DNA of 64,000 nt from an uncultured Planctomycetota bacterium (GTDB taxonomy: Bacteria; Planctomycetota; Planctomycetia; Isosphaerales; Isosphaeraceae), in contig CAWJTV010000029.1 in the NCBI GenBank assembly GCA_963845755.1, positions 96,001-160,000 of the forward strand, written 5' to 3'. A program made the translations under genes and the position numbers. Positions 44,227 through 55,848 of this stretch are shown here, piece after piece; position 1 is the stretch's first letter; each line of letters opens with the position of its first letter. The notes under the pieces were generated by a model, which searched no databases, was not told the DNA's origin, and saw only the letters and a program-made list of their open reading frames with translations.

Positions 44227-44230
44227 GCCC

Positions 44231-45079
44231 GTGGAACGTCCCGGCCGGCTCGACGGCCGCACCTGCCTGATCGTCGGGGGAACCAGCGGAATCGGCCTGG
44301 CCGCGGCGCGACGGTTCCTCCAGGAAGGCGCGAGGGTCGTCGTCGCCGGACGGTCTCCCGAGATCGGGAGATCGGCGATGGCGCAGCTCGCTCCGCTGGG
44401 CCAGGTCTGGGAATACACGCTCGAGCTCGGACGCGGCGAGTCCGAGGTTCTCCTCCTGTTCGCGTATGCTGTGGATGTCCTCGGCGGGCGGCTCGATATC
44501 CTCCTCCATGTCGCCGGGATCAGCGGGAGGAAGTTCGGCGACGGTCCCCTGCACGAATGCTCGAACGAGGGCTGGGAACGGGTGATTCAGATCAACGCCT
44601 TCGCCGTATTCCTCACCAACCGCGAGGCCGTGCAGATCATGCTCCAGCAACCACTCGACGCGACTGGCCTGCGCGGGACGGTCGTGAATGTGGGCTCGGT
44701 CCTGGACCGATCGCCGGCGCCGACGCATTTCGGGACGATCGCCTACGCGGCCAGCAAGGGGGCCGTCCGCGCGCTGACGACGTCGGCCGCCGCATGCTAT
44801 GCCCCGGACCGCATCCGGTTCAACCTGCTCGTTCCCGGCCTGATCGACACCCCGATGGCCGCCCGGGCCGTCAACGACTCGCGGATCCGGCCGTACCTGG
44901 CCGCCAGACAACCCCTGGCCGGCGGCCCTGGCTCGGCCGAGGACGTCGCCGAGGCCGCACTGTATCTCTGCGAGCCGGCTTCGCGGTTCGTCACCGGCGC
45001 CGAGCTGGTCGTGGACGGCGGCTGGTGCGTCTCGGAAAGGGGAATCGATCAACCGGAATCGACCGAGCCCGGGCCATGA
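44231..45079 (+). CDS. SDR family oxidoreductase
   Basis: GGTSGIG, YAASKG, PGLIDTPM, VTGAELVVDGG. Confidence 0.92.
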   Translation: MERPGRLDGRTCLIVGGTSGIGLAAARRFLQEGARVVVAGRSPEIGRSAMAQLAPLGQVWEYTLELGRGESEVLLLFAYAVDVLGGRLDILLHVAGISGRKFGDGPLHECSNEGWERVIQINAFAVFLTNREAVQIMLQQPLDATGLRGTVVNVGSVLDRSPAPTHFGTIAYAASKGAVRALTTSAAACYAPDRIRFNLLVPGLIDTPMAARAVNDSRIRPYLAARQPLAGGPGSAEDVAEAALYLCEPASRFVTGAELVVDGGWCVSERGIDQPESTEPGP

Positions 45080-45858
45080 GCGATCGAACCGATGTCCTTG
45101 CCCAATACCTGGCCGCCGTCCGGTCGGCGATCGACGGCATCGAGGCGACGCAGTTGCCCGCGATCCGCCAGGCGTCGGCACGCTTCGCGGCGACGATCCT
45201 CAAGGGCCGCCTGGTCCACGTTTTCGGGACCGGCCATTCGCGCATGGCCGTCGAGGAGATGTTCCCCCGCTACGGATCGTTCCCCGGCTTCCATCCGATC
45301 GTCGAGCTGTCGATGACGTATCACAACCCGGTCGTCGGCGCCAATGGCCAGCGCCAGGCGATGTTCCTGGAGAACGTCCAGGGATTCGGCCCGGTGCTCT
45401 GGCGGAACTTCGCGACCTCGCCCGACGATGCCTTGCTGGCCATCTCCACCAGCGGCTGCAACGCCGTGACGATCGACGTGGCGCTCGAAGCAAGGCGGCG
45501 CGGAATGCCTGTCGTCGCCCTGACCTCCCTGGCCCACGCCGGTCAGTCGACGTCGCGGCATGAATCCGGGAAGAAGTTGCACGAAGTCGCCGAAGTGGTG
45601 CTCGACCAGCAGGCTCCGGCCGGCGACTCGGCGGTCTGGATCGCGGGCCTGGAGACGCCGGTGGCGCCGCTATCGAGCGTCACGGGTTGCGCGATCATCA
45701 ACCTCGTCAAGGCCGAGGTCGCCCGCTTGCTGACCGAGGCCGGCTCGCCCCCGAAAGTCCTGACCGCCGCCTGCCACCTCGGCACCGATCGCGCGACTCA
45801 GCTCTTTGAAGAGACTTACGATGAATACCGTCGACGAGTTGGAGTGTTGTATCAGTAG
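45076..45858 (+). CDS. SIS (sugar isomerase) domain protein
   Basis: HVFGTGHS, ISTSGCN, VVALTS; ATGA overlap with the SDR gene. Confidence 0.85.
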   Translation: MSDRTDVLAQYLAAVRSAIDGIEATQLPAIRQASARFAATILKGRLVHVFGTGHSRMAVEEMFPRYGSFPGFHPIVELSMTYHNPVVGANGQRQAMFLENVQGFGPVLWRNFATSPDDALLAISTSGCNAVTIDVALEARRRGMPVVALTSLAHAGQSTSRHESGKKLHEVAEVVLDQQAPAGDSAVWIAGLETPVAPLSSVTGCAIINLVKAEVARLLTEAGSPPKVLTAACHLGTDRATQLFEETYDEYRRRVGVLYQ

Positions 45859-46146
45859 GTAGTAGGCAGTAGGCAGTAATCAGACAACCCATCTGTGGGC
45901 GAGTTTTCGAGCAAGCCCGATTGTCGAACTGAGGTTGTCGTGAGCTTTCGTTCCTGATCCCTAACGCGGCCTTCGGCCGCAACCCCATCGGGATTCCCGA
46001 TTCGAGATTCCGGATTCCCGAAGGGGAATGATCCGGGAATCGGGAATCGCGAATCCGGAATTCGGAATCCCCAGAGGCGCGGGGATCCTACCGAGGAAGA
46101 CTCTACTGACTACTACGTCCTGACCACGACTTCCTGACTACTGACC
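45853..46146. repeat. Composite nested repeat region between convergent genes
   Basis: Outer GTAGGCA-like arm (45853-45877) and CTACTGA-like arm (46103-46146); hairpin GCGGCCTTCGGCCGC (45966-45980); inner GATTC arm vs GAATC arm (45989-46071). Confidence 0.75.
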
Positions 46147-47088
46147 ACGAGGCACGAAGACCTTGACGTCCGGGTGCATGGTGTACAGTCGATCCTGCCC
46201 TTCCGGGGTCCGGACCAGGATGGCGCTGGAGCAATTGTTCTGAATGATCGGGTTGCCGGGATACTTCTCCCAGCGGACCAGATCGCGCGACCGGGCTACG
46301 CAGGTCGTCCAGTCTTTCCAGGGACGCTGGCGATTGGCATGGTAGAACGCGTAATACCAGCCGCCGCGCTTGACGATCTGATTCAGTGCCACCGCGGCGC
46401 GGTCATAGGGCTCGGGCCCCATCGCGATCACGGGGTCGTCCTTGACGTTGGTCCAGACTTTCCGATCTTTCGATGTGGCCAACCAAACACCCAGATCGCC
46501 ACGTTCGTAATAGAGGTACCAGGTTCCCTCCTCGAACCAGGCGGCGGGTGTTCCGTAGGGCCCGGCATCGATCGATGTTCCATCGGTCTTGCGGATGTCC
46601 AGAGATCCGTGATCGGTCCATCGAATTCCGTCATTTGAGGTGAGGAGATGAGCGATGTCGTTCTTGCCCTCGGCGAATAGGAAGTAAGTTCCGTCCTGCT
46701 TGACGACACAAACATCCTCGACCCACGCACCGTGGGTGATCGGATTGGCCGGGTCGCGGGCCCAGTGAATGCCGTCGTGCGACGTGGCGTGTCCCAGGGA
46801 CATCGTCGGAGGCTTGTCGGCGGCATATCCTGTGTACCAGAGATGATACGTCCGATCATCGCCGACCAGGATGTAGCCACGCTCGCGGATCTTACGGTCC
46901 CAGGTGTCGCGGTCCGTGCCGGCGAAGACGGGGTTGTCGGGGATGGGTGACCAGGAGACAAACATCCATGAAGCAGCGGCCGGGGGGCTTTGTAGCTGTT
47001 GCGCCCCGGTGGGCGGTGTTCCGGCCAGGAGGGCCAGAAGGACGGTCAGGCTGCGGCAGGCCGCGTGGAACGCGCGTCTCCGAATCAT
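46138..47088 (-). CDS. Secreted five-bladed beta-propeller glycoside hydrolase-like protein
   Basis: RRRAF signal; YHLWYTG, GHATSHDGIHW..DPANP, LTSNDGIRW, ARSRDLVRWEKYPGNP repeats. Confidence 0.8.
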   Translation of the reverse strand: MIRRRAFHAACRSLTVLLALLAGTPPTGAQQLQSPPAAASWMFVSWSPIPDNPVFAGTDRDTWDRKIRERGYILVGDDRTYHLWYTGYAADKPPTMSLGHATSHDGIHWARDPANPITHGAWVEDVCVVKQDGTYFLFAEGKNDIAHLLTSNDGIRWTDHGSLDIRKTDGTSIDAGPYGTPAAWFEEGTWYLYYERGDLGVWLATSKDRKVWTNVKDDPVIAMGPEPYDRAAVALNQIVKRGGWYYAFYHANRQRPWKDWTTCVARSRDLVRWEKYPGNPIIQNNCSSAILVRTPEGQDRLYTMHPDVKVFVPRGQ

Positions 47089-47249
47089 GGTGGTGTCCTT
47101 AATCGTGTGTTGGACCGGAGTTGTGATCCTGGTCCGGCCGTCCGTTCCGTGGGGGAACCCATCGTCCACGGCATCGGGTTGTCCATCGTCATGATACCTT
47201 GTGTTCGGAAGGCCGTGAGGTTAACCTAGGTGGGTCGTGTGATCCGATT

Positions 47250-47322
<73 letters not shown>

Positions 47323-47414
47323 TTGTTCACCACGATATCCCTCCGGCTCCCTAATGCAAGCTCCGTTCGGGTTCGACCTCCTCGCCGATTCAAATCCGGC
47401 CCGAGTGACCATCT

Positions 47415-50400
47415 ATGGTACGCGCGCTCATCTCGTGGAGTCTCCACAATCGCTTTATCGTCCTGCTGGGGACGGTTGGGCTGATCTTCCTGGGGATCTA
47501 CTCGTACAGCAACCTCAATATTGAGGCATACCCGGACCCGACCCCGCCTCTGGTCGAAGTCATCACGCAGAAGCCCGGGAGCAGCCCCGAGGAGATGGAA
47601 CTCCTGATCGGGATCCCAATCGAGACGGCCCTCAACGGCATGCCGGGCTTGAAATACCTGCGGAGTATTTCGCTGGCGGGGCTCAACGATGTCAAGTGCC
47701 AGTTCGAGTACGGGACGGATTACTGGGCGGCCCGGCAAGAGGTGATCAATCGCCTGGGCATGATCAGCAACCTTCCTCCCGGGGTCACCCCGGGGCTGTC
47801 CCCGTGGAGTCCGATCGGCGAGATCGTCCGCTATGTCCTGGAAGGGGACGGCTATACCTTGAACCACCTGAAGGCGGTCCAGGACTGGGTCTTGAATCGG
47901 GCCTTCAAGACCGTGCCGGGCGTGATCGATGTGACCGGATTCGGCGGGACCGTCAAGCAATACCAGATCCTGCTGGATATGCAGCTCATGAGGCGGTACG
48001 ACATCACCTTGCAGATGGTCACCGACGCCATCGCGCAGTCCAACGCCAATGTGGGCGGCGACATCCTCTCGCTGGGTCAGCAGGCGCATAACGTCCGGGC
48101 CAAGGGTTACCTGGGCGAGGGGAGAGACGCGCTCGAACCGACCGTCGCGGAGCACGCCTACACGATCGAGGTCGAGAAGCTCGAGGATATCCAGGATGTC
48201 AAGGTAGCCACCTACAACAATATGCCGGTCTACATCAAGCAGATCGCCAAGGTCGTCATCGGCTATCAACCGCGGCTCGGGGTCGTCGGCCGCAACGGTG
48301 ACAACGACGTCGTCGAGGGCATCGTGTTGATGCGCAAGTACGAGAAGTCGCTGCCGACCTCGGAGGCGGTCGAGAAGAAAATCCACGAGATCAACGTCGG
48401 CACCCTCCTGCCCAAAGGGATGAAGATCGTTCCATTCAACCAGCGGACCGACCTCGTGAAGGTGACGACGCACAACGTCGTGCACAACCTCGTCGTCGGC
48501 ATGCTCCTGGTCATCCTGATCCTGTTCATATTCCTGGGAGACTTTACCAGCGCCCTGATCGTGGCCCTGATGGTCCCGCTGGCGCTGTTGTTCTCCGTGT
48601 CGGTCCTCTTCCTCCAGGGGAAGTCGGCCAACCTGCTCTCCATCGGCGCGGTCGACTTCGGGATCATCGTAGACAGCTCCGTGATCATCGTCGAGAACAT
48701 CTACCGGCACATCACGGCGCACGACGCGGACCGGACGCGGCCGCTCATCGAGCGGATCATCGAGGCGTCGCACGAGATCGAGCGCGCGCCTGTTCTTCTC
48801 GACGCTGATCATCGTCTGCGCGTTCATCCCGCTCTTCTCGATGACCGGGCCGGAAGGGGCGCTGTTCGGTCCGATGGCCAACACGTACGCGTTCGCCATC
48901 TGCGGGGCGCTCACCCTGGCGGTGACGCTCACCCCGGTCCTCTGCTCCTTCCTGTTCCAGAACAAGAAGGAGGAGAAGGAGACCTTCATCGACCGGATCA
49001 TGAAGCTGCGATACCTGACCATGCTCGACCGGGTGCTGAGGAATCGATTCCTGGTCCTGGCGGGGATGGGGGGCCTCCTGGCCTTCACGATCTTCCTGAT
49101 CCCCACGCTGGGCGGGGAGTTCATGCCGCCGCTCGAGGAAGGGAACCTCTGGATCCGGGCGATCCTGCCCCGGACCGTGACCCTCCAGGAAGCGGCGCGG
49201 ATGGCCCCGCGGCTGCGCGAGGTCATCGGCTCGATCCCCGAGATCAAGGGGGTCATGTCCCAGGTCGGCCGCCCCGACGACGGCACCGACGTGACCAGCT
49301 ACTTCAACCTCGAGTTCAATGCCCCCTTGATCCCGATGGAGCACTGGCGGACCAAGCCGGTCTCGATCCTGGGACACGAACTCTGGCAGCGCGCGATCAC
49401 CCGCGAGGAGATCCAGGACGAACTCATGGAGAAGTTCAAGGGGTTCCCGGCGGTGAACTTCAACTTCTCGCAATTGATCCGCGACAACGTCGAGGAGGCG
49501 CTCTCGGGGGTCAAAGGGGCCAACTCGATCAAGCTCTTCGGCAACGATCTGGATGTGCTGGAGCGGAAAGGCCAGCAGGTCGTGAACATCCTGAACAAGG
49601 TCCCGGGGATCGCCAACGTGGGGCTGTTCCACATCCTCGGCCAGCCCAACCTGGAGATCCAGATCGATCGTCACGAATGCGCCCGCTACGGGATCAACGT
49701 CTCGGACGTCGAGGCCGTGGTCCAGGTGGCCATCGGCGGGCGGGCGTTCACCCAGATGGTCGAGGGGGAGAAGAAGTTCGACATCGTGCTCCGCCTGCCG
49801 GTGGACCAGCGCGACGACCCCGAGGTGATCGGCCGGATCCCCGTCGATGCTCCCCCCGGCCAGGACGGCAAGCCCGGTGCGCGGATCCCCTTGAAGCAGC
49901 TCGTCACCGTGATCGACCCCCACAAACCCGGCGCCACGTATATCTACCGCGAGAACAACCGCCGGTATATCCCGATCAAGTTCAGCGTCCAGGGTCGCGA
50001 CCTGGCCTCGACCATCCACGAAGCCGAGGAGAAGGTGCGCGACAAGAACTATGGCGCCCAGCTCCCGGACGGCTACAGCATCGATTGGGCCGGCGAGTTC
50101 GCGCAAATGCAACAGGCCAACCGGCGGCTCATGGTCATCGTCCCGATCTCCATCGCGCTGATCCTGATCCTGCTGTTCACGGCTTTCAACTCGATGAAGG
50201 ATGCGCTCCTGGTCATGGCCAACGTGGTCGCGGCCACGATGGGAGGAGTCTGGGCGCTGAAGCTCACCGGAACGCCGTTCTCGATCTCGGCCGCCGTCGG
50301 CTTCATCTCGATCTTCGGCGTCGCCGTCCAGGACGGAGTGCTGCTCATCTCGTACTTCAACCAGATGCGTGCCGCGGGCCTGCCGGTCAGGGAGGCGCTG

Positions 50401-50727
50401 CTGCGCGGGGCCGAGCTGCGGGTCCGCCCGGTGGTCATGACGTCGCTGACCGCGGCGCTGGGCTTGCTCCCGGCCGCCGTCGCGACCTCGATCGGCTCGC
50501 AGGCGCAGAAGCCGCTGGCCATCGTCGTGGTGGGCGGGATGCTGGTCACCCTGTTCTTGACACGCTATCTCATGCCCGTCCTCTACTCGTTCTTCCCCGC
50601 ACCCGCCGGCCATGGTCAATGCCAGACGGACCTGATCATGGGCTCGCACTACACCGACCGGTTCCTTCACCCCCCGGGTAGTCCGCCCGAACGGTATGAC
50701 CACGGCCACGACACGCACGCCGGCTAA
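47415..50727 (+). CDS. czcA: CusA/CzcA family heavy-metal RND efflux permease; frameshift near 48788
   Basis: IEAYPD, ANLLSIGAVDFGIIVDSSVIIVEN, GPEGALFGPMA, EFMPPLEEG, GRPDDGTD, SISAAVGFI, RVRPVVMT, QKPLAIVVVGG. Confidence 0.9.
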
Positions 50728-50776
50728 CCACGACCGATCCCACTCGGAAGGGATGGCTCCTTGGAGGCTCGAAGCC

Positions 50777-52133
50777 ATGAAGATGAACTGGAAACTCCTG
50801 ATATCCCTGTTGGTGATCGCCGGCGGCGCGACGGGCCTGACTCTCAACAAAGGGGCCCGCGCCCACGTGCTTGGCGTCTGGCACCGGTTGGCCCAGTCGT
50901 CGGCTCACGGCGAGGAGCCCGCGCCGGACAAGTCCTGGACCGAGAAGCCGAAGACTCCCTGGGACCGCACGCTCAGCCTCACGGAAGGCGAGATCAAGTC
51001 CATCGGCCTGGAAAAGGTCCCCGTGCTCGAGCAGACCGATCCGAGCGCCCTGCCCTTATTCGGCACAACCCATTATGTTCCGTCCACGGTGACGCTCGTT
51101 CGTACGCTCTTCGACAACTGCCGTGTCGAGGAGGTCCTCGTCGACCTCGGTGCGACGGTGAAACAGGGCGACCCGCTGCTCAAGGTGTTCAGTACCGACC
51201 TGGCCGCGGCCAAGAGCGAATACGAGATGGCATGCAGCCAGCATAAACATGACAAGGCCGTCTACGATTACAAGGGCCCGCTCGCTAAGGACAATACCCT
51301 CGCCAAGAAAGAGTTGTACGAGATCGAGAACGACGAGCAACAGAGCCGCCTCAAGATGAAGCTGGCCAAGGACAAGCTCCTGGTCTACGGCATGACGGAG
51401 GAGGAGATCCTGGCCGCGCCGAACGAGGATGGCGCGCAGAAAGCCAAGATGATCCTGCGGTCGCAAGGCGATGGGGTTGTGGTCAAGAAGACGGTCGTGA
51501 AAGGGAACTTCTACGACTCCAAGGACGAGTTGATGGTCATTGCCCCGCTCGATCAGCTCTATGTGGAAGGAAACGTCAGCGAACTCGACGCCGACAAGGT
51601 CCAGGTCGGGCAGTCGGTGAAGGTGATCTTCCCCTTCTCGGATTCCGATCGCGAGGTCAACGCCAAGATCGATTACATCGATAAGGGGATCGATCCCGAC
51701 ACGCGGTCCGCGAAGTTCCGCACCCAGATCCCCAACCCCGGGGGTCGGGTGAAGGCCGGCGCAATTCGTGAAAGTCCAGGTGAAGATCCCCCCCAAGCCC
51801 GGCTTCACCGTCATTCCGCGCACCTCCATGGTCTCCGTCAACCGCTACGACTACGTCTTCGTCCGCAAGCCAGGTAAGGCCGACATCTACGAGCGACGGT
51901 CCATCCAACCGGCCAAGGAGGGTAACGACATCGTGGTCGTGGCCGCGCCGGCGGAAGGCCACCGCGAGCTCAAGCCCGGCGAGGAAGTGGTGACCACCGG
52001 CAGCCTGATCCTCGAGCAGTTGTTCGAGGACAAGGTCATGTCCGAGGGCGGTCTCCTGGTCTCGCAACCTGCCCAGGAGCGGCTCGATCGCTTCCGGAAG
52101 AACCCGATGATCATCTCCACCAACGCGCCATGA
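50777..52133 (+). CDS. RND efflux periplasmic adaptor subunit; frameshift near 51765
   Basis: VDLGATVKQGDPL lipoyl half-motif, IDPDTRSAKFR, LKPGEEVVTTGSL. Confidence 0.85.
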
Positions 52134-52524
52134 CGCGATCGAATCCTCGCCGGAAACCGTCGCTTGAGGGAGCGCGGCGCGACCGGCGCAGACAAATTCG
52201 GATCGGCGTAACTCCATAATTTGCAAGCCATTATGCCTGAAGATCCTCCTCGACTGTGATCGCCCTGCGCACCGGCATAACCCCTCCGCACCGACCTTTC
52301 GCGCCGAACCACGCGGCCCTCGCCTTCACTCTCTTGGTTCCGGCTGGTCCGGTCCCACCGACTTTGACGAATACTCCATGAGCGCGGGGATTTCAGATTC
52401 GAAGTGTGGGAAGCCGAATTGCGATAGCAGCGGTCGTTGCAACCCTGAGGAATGGGACACCTGGTCTCGATGAGCCAGGGTCCCCCTCGTCGGGCGCGAT
52501 CCCGAATCCAGGCGGAAAGCGGGA

Positions 52525-54197
52525 ATGCCTATGCTCTCGATCCAGGCAAGGAACGCTTCCCAGGCGTTGAGGCGGTCCGTTCGGCACGGTTGGAATGTCC
52601 TGATCCTGAGCGGTCTGGCGCTGGCCGGACCGGCGCATGGCCAGGCTCCCACGGTGGATTCGAGCATACCCGCCTTACCCGGCGGAGTTGGATCGATGCT
52701 GGGTTCCAGCCCCGGCGCCGGGATCTCGATGTTGGGGCCATCGCCAGGAGCCGGAGGCAGTACGCTCGCCAACTCGCCGGTCTCCGCGGGCATCCTGGGT
52801 GGCCGGGCCGGCCCACAAGCTCCCAAGGGCGTTCCCACCTCGGTCGCGACACCCGGAGCCGGCCAGGGACCGACCGACTTGCAACGCCCGATCGCGGCGC
52901 CACAGCCGGAGCCCGTCTCGCCGACGACCCAGCCTTTCTATGGAACCTTGGACCTCACCACGGAGGAGCAGGAGGAGCCGCCCGACGGCCTCACCCTGGA
53001 CATAGCCATCGAGCTGACGCTGCAGCGCAGCATCGACCTCCGCGCCAAGTTCCACGAGATCCCCATGGCGCGCGCGGATATCCTCCAGGCGAACCTCCGA
53101 TCCAACCCGGTCTTCTACCAGGACGGTCAGCTCTTGCAGTACAAAGGCGAGCCGTTCAGCCGCGCGCGACCCGGCGGCCCACAACAATTCGACACCAACA
53201 TCATCTACCCCCTTGATCTTTCGCACAAGCGCCAGGCGCGCACCATCGTGGCGACCCGCGCGAGAGGGTCCTGGAGGCCCAGTACCAGGAGGCCGTCCGC
53301 CAGCGGATCGACGATGTTTATGACGCGTTCGTCCGGGTGCTCGCCACCCGGCAGACCGTCTGGTATGCGCGAAAGAGCACCGAGAACCTGCGCGCCCTCA
53401 CGGGCCGTGAAGAGCGACTCTTCCGAGGGGGAGAGGTCAAGCGCCTCGAGTACATCCGGGTGAAGAATCAGTTGCGCACCTCCGAGCTCTCGCTCATCGA
53501 TGCCGAGGCCACCGACCGCAAGGCCCGGCTCGAGCTGGGAACGCTCATGAACTTCACGTTGGAACAGAGCGCCCAGATCAAGATCAAGGGCAAGATCAAT
53601 GTGGAGGCGCCCGCGCCTCCGCCCCTCGATGAGCTACGGAGCCTGGCCGTGGCCGAGCGGCCCGACGTCGCTTCATTCCGGCTGGGGATCCAGCGGGCCT
53701 CCGCCGACGTCCGGCTAGCGCGAGCCAATGCCTATAATGATGTCTATGTCCTCTGGCAGCCTTACACGTTCCAGGATAACAGTCCCTACGGCGTGAAGAG
53801 CGCCACATCTTGGGCCCTCGGCCTGACCGTACCGCTTCCGATCTACAATCGCAACCAGGGTGGAATCGAGCGGGCCAGGCTCAACGTCCATCAGTCGCAC
53901 CTCGAACTGGCCGATGCCGAACGACAGGCGCAGCTCGATGTTGCCGAAGCCCTCCAGGAATACGAGACCACGCTTCGTCAGGTGAAGGAGCTGAAGGAGG
54001 AAGTGATTCCCGAGGCGCTGCTGGCCCGCAACGAAGCCTTCACGCTCATGAATCAGGGGGCGCAGAGCGTCCTCGATTACATCCCGGCCCAGCTCGAATA
54101 CAACCAGGTCGTCAAGCAGTATCTCGACACCGCGATTCGCCATCGGCGGAGCATGCTCTCGATCAACACAGTCGTGGGAAAACGGATCATGCCCTGA
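52525..54197 (+). CDS. TolC family outer-membrane efflux protein; frameshift near 53265
   Basis: ADILQANLRSNP, ERPDV, LTVPLPIYNRNQGGIERA. Confidence 0.85.
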
Positions 54198-54200
54198 CCC

Positions 54201-54371
54201 CGATTCCAGGATTCCCGATTCCAGCTTGAAATCGAGGCGTTCTCTTCGTTCCGGAATCGGGAATCTCGAATCGGGAATCGGGAATCTCGAATCGGGAGTC
54301 TCGAATCGGAATCGGGAATCTCGAATCGGGAATCTCGAATCGGGAATCTCGAATCGGGAATCTCGAATCCG
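54201..54371. repeat. GAATC heptamer tandem array with a short opposing GATTC arm
   Basis: About 17 GAATCGG/GAATCTC units (54254-54370) preceded by three GATTCC units. Confidence 0.92.
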
Positions 54372-54407
54372 ATCGCGGCTCAGCCGTGCCAGGGAGGAGA
54401 GGAGAGA

Positions 54408-55139
54408 ATGGGACGACGAAACCATCGCAGAGTGAGGCTGAACCTGGAAGCGTTCGAGGACCGCGTCCTGCTCTCCGCGATCACGGATGTCTTGAGCGCC
54501 CACAGCCTCACCGCCGGCCCGACCGGGGGATTCTCGTCCTCGATCTCGCTCGGCCCCGCGACGCTCAATCAAGGGCCGCTCCTGAATCCCGACGGATCGA
54601 TCAATAACATGGCACTGGCTCCTTCAGGCACCCCCAAGCCGGGAGAGGTCAAGAGGGCGGAATTCGCGGCCCGATATGTGGGCCCCTACAGCGTGGTGCC
54701 CGGTAAGACCACGACCCAGGCCCTCCAGACCCTGATCCAGGGGGCCGGGACCGCGAATACCATGCTGCACTCCGACATCCAGATTCGGCTCGTCACGCCG
54801 AGCGACCCGAGCCTGCCAATCGGCGGCGTCCTCACGATCTTCGACCGCAATATCAACACCAACACGGTCCTCGGCCTGGACCTGGCGGCCTCCCAATCCG
54901 ACGTCGACTCCGCCGGGCGCCCCAACTTCATCCCGACCGTCTCGCTGGACGCCAACATCAGCTCGGGCACCTACATCGAGGGCTACGCGCAGGGCGTCGT
55001 CAAGATCCGCTACATCCCCGGCGGTCGCCGCACGATCCCCGGCGCGATCAGCCAGGGGACGGCCATCGTCACGATTCATGCTCATATTTACACTGCCAAC
55101 ACCAGCTTCCTCCTCCGCAACGTCAGCATCAATCCCTGA
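54408..55139 (+). CDS. Planctomycete extracellular hypothetical protein
   Basis: Strong RBS; basic N-terminus plus LEAFEDRVLLS signature. Confidence 0.75.
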   Translation: MGRRNHRRVRLNLEAFEDRVLLSAITDVLSAHSLTAGPTGGFSSSISLGPATLNQGPLLNPDGSINNMALAPSGTPKPGEVKRAEFAARYVGPYSVVPGKTTTQALQTLIQGAGTANTMLHSDIQIRLVTPSDPSLPIGGVLTIFDRNINTNTVLGLDLAASQSDVDSAGRPNFIPTVSLDANISSGTYIEGYAQGVVKIRYIPGGRRTIPGAISQGTAIVTIHAHIYTANTSFLLRNVSINP

Positions 55140-55848
55140 GCCGGCGATCACGAAGCGAGCGGGGAGTTGCGGACATGAGACGATCCAGGCCGTCGACGAT
55201 CGAGAACCCGCCGGTCGGTGTGGCCGCGACGTAGGTCCAGGCCACGGCGTTCGATATCCGCGTCACGACGGGAACCTCATCGCCGTTGACGTAGCCGGTC
55301 GAGAGAAGAAACTCCCGACCGCGTCGGCTGGCGTCCAGCTCCACCGGCAGGTTGGTGAGCTGAGCGAGCAGGATCAGGTAGAACAGGCCGATCGCCAGGA
55401 CGATCAAGCGTAACATGCCCAGCCAGACCCCCGCCGCCAGGAGGATCCACACGACCTGCGCGCCGAGGTTGGTCCAGGGCACGATGACGTTGCGGACGGC
55501 CAGACCCGGATAGCCCGCGGCTTCCTGGATGGCGTGTCCCGCCTCGTGGACCGCCGCGCCGACCGCGGCGAGAGAGCCTCCCTCGTGGACGGCCCGCGAC
55601 AATCGCAGGACGTTGCGGTCGGGATCGAAGTGGTTGCTCAATTCGCCGGTGGACGGCGCGATCTCCACGTCGGTCACTCCGCCGGCGAGCATGACTTCCG
55701 ACGCGGCCTCGGCGCCGGTCAGACACGAAGTAGACGCGATCCGCCAGGCCGCCCGATAAGCCCGCGCGATCCGGATGTTCGCCCAGAGCGAGAGCAGGAT
55801 CCCCGGCAGGACGATCATGACATAGTCGAACCAGATCAGGTTCATCAT
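55129..55848 (-). CDS. Membrane zinc metallopeptidase (YugP/Zn_peptidase_2 family)
   Basis: TGAEAA, LSNHFDP, AAVHEAGHAIQ (HExxH), LPVELDASRR, AWTYVA. Confidence 0.88.
   Translation of the reverse strand: MMNLIWFDYVMIVLPGILLSLWANIRIARAYRAAWRIASTSCLTGAEAASEVMLAGGVTDVEIAPSTGELSNHFDPDRNVLRLSRAVHEGGSLAAVGAAVHEAGHAIQEAAGYPGLAVRNVIVPWTNLGAQVVWILLAAGVWLGMLRLIVLAIGLFYLILLAQLTNLPVELDASRRGREFLLSTGYVNGDEVPVVTRISNAVAWTYVAATPTGGFSIVDGLDRLMSATPRSLRDRRLRD

Noticed and set aside
52140..52520. Metal-sensing (NiCo) riboswitch before tolC
   Set aside because: I could not identify the four-way junction consensus by eye; an Rfam cmscan would be needed.
54254..54370. CRISPR array
   Set aside because: Contiguous 7-bp units without unique spacers; no cas genes in the window.
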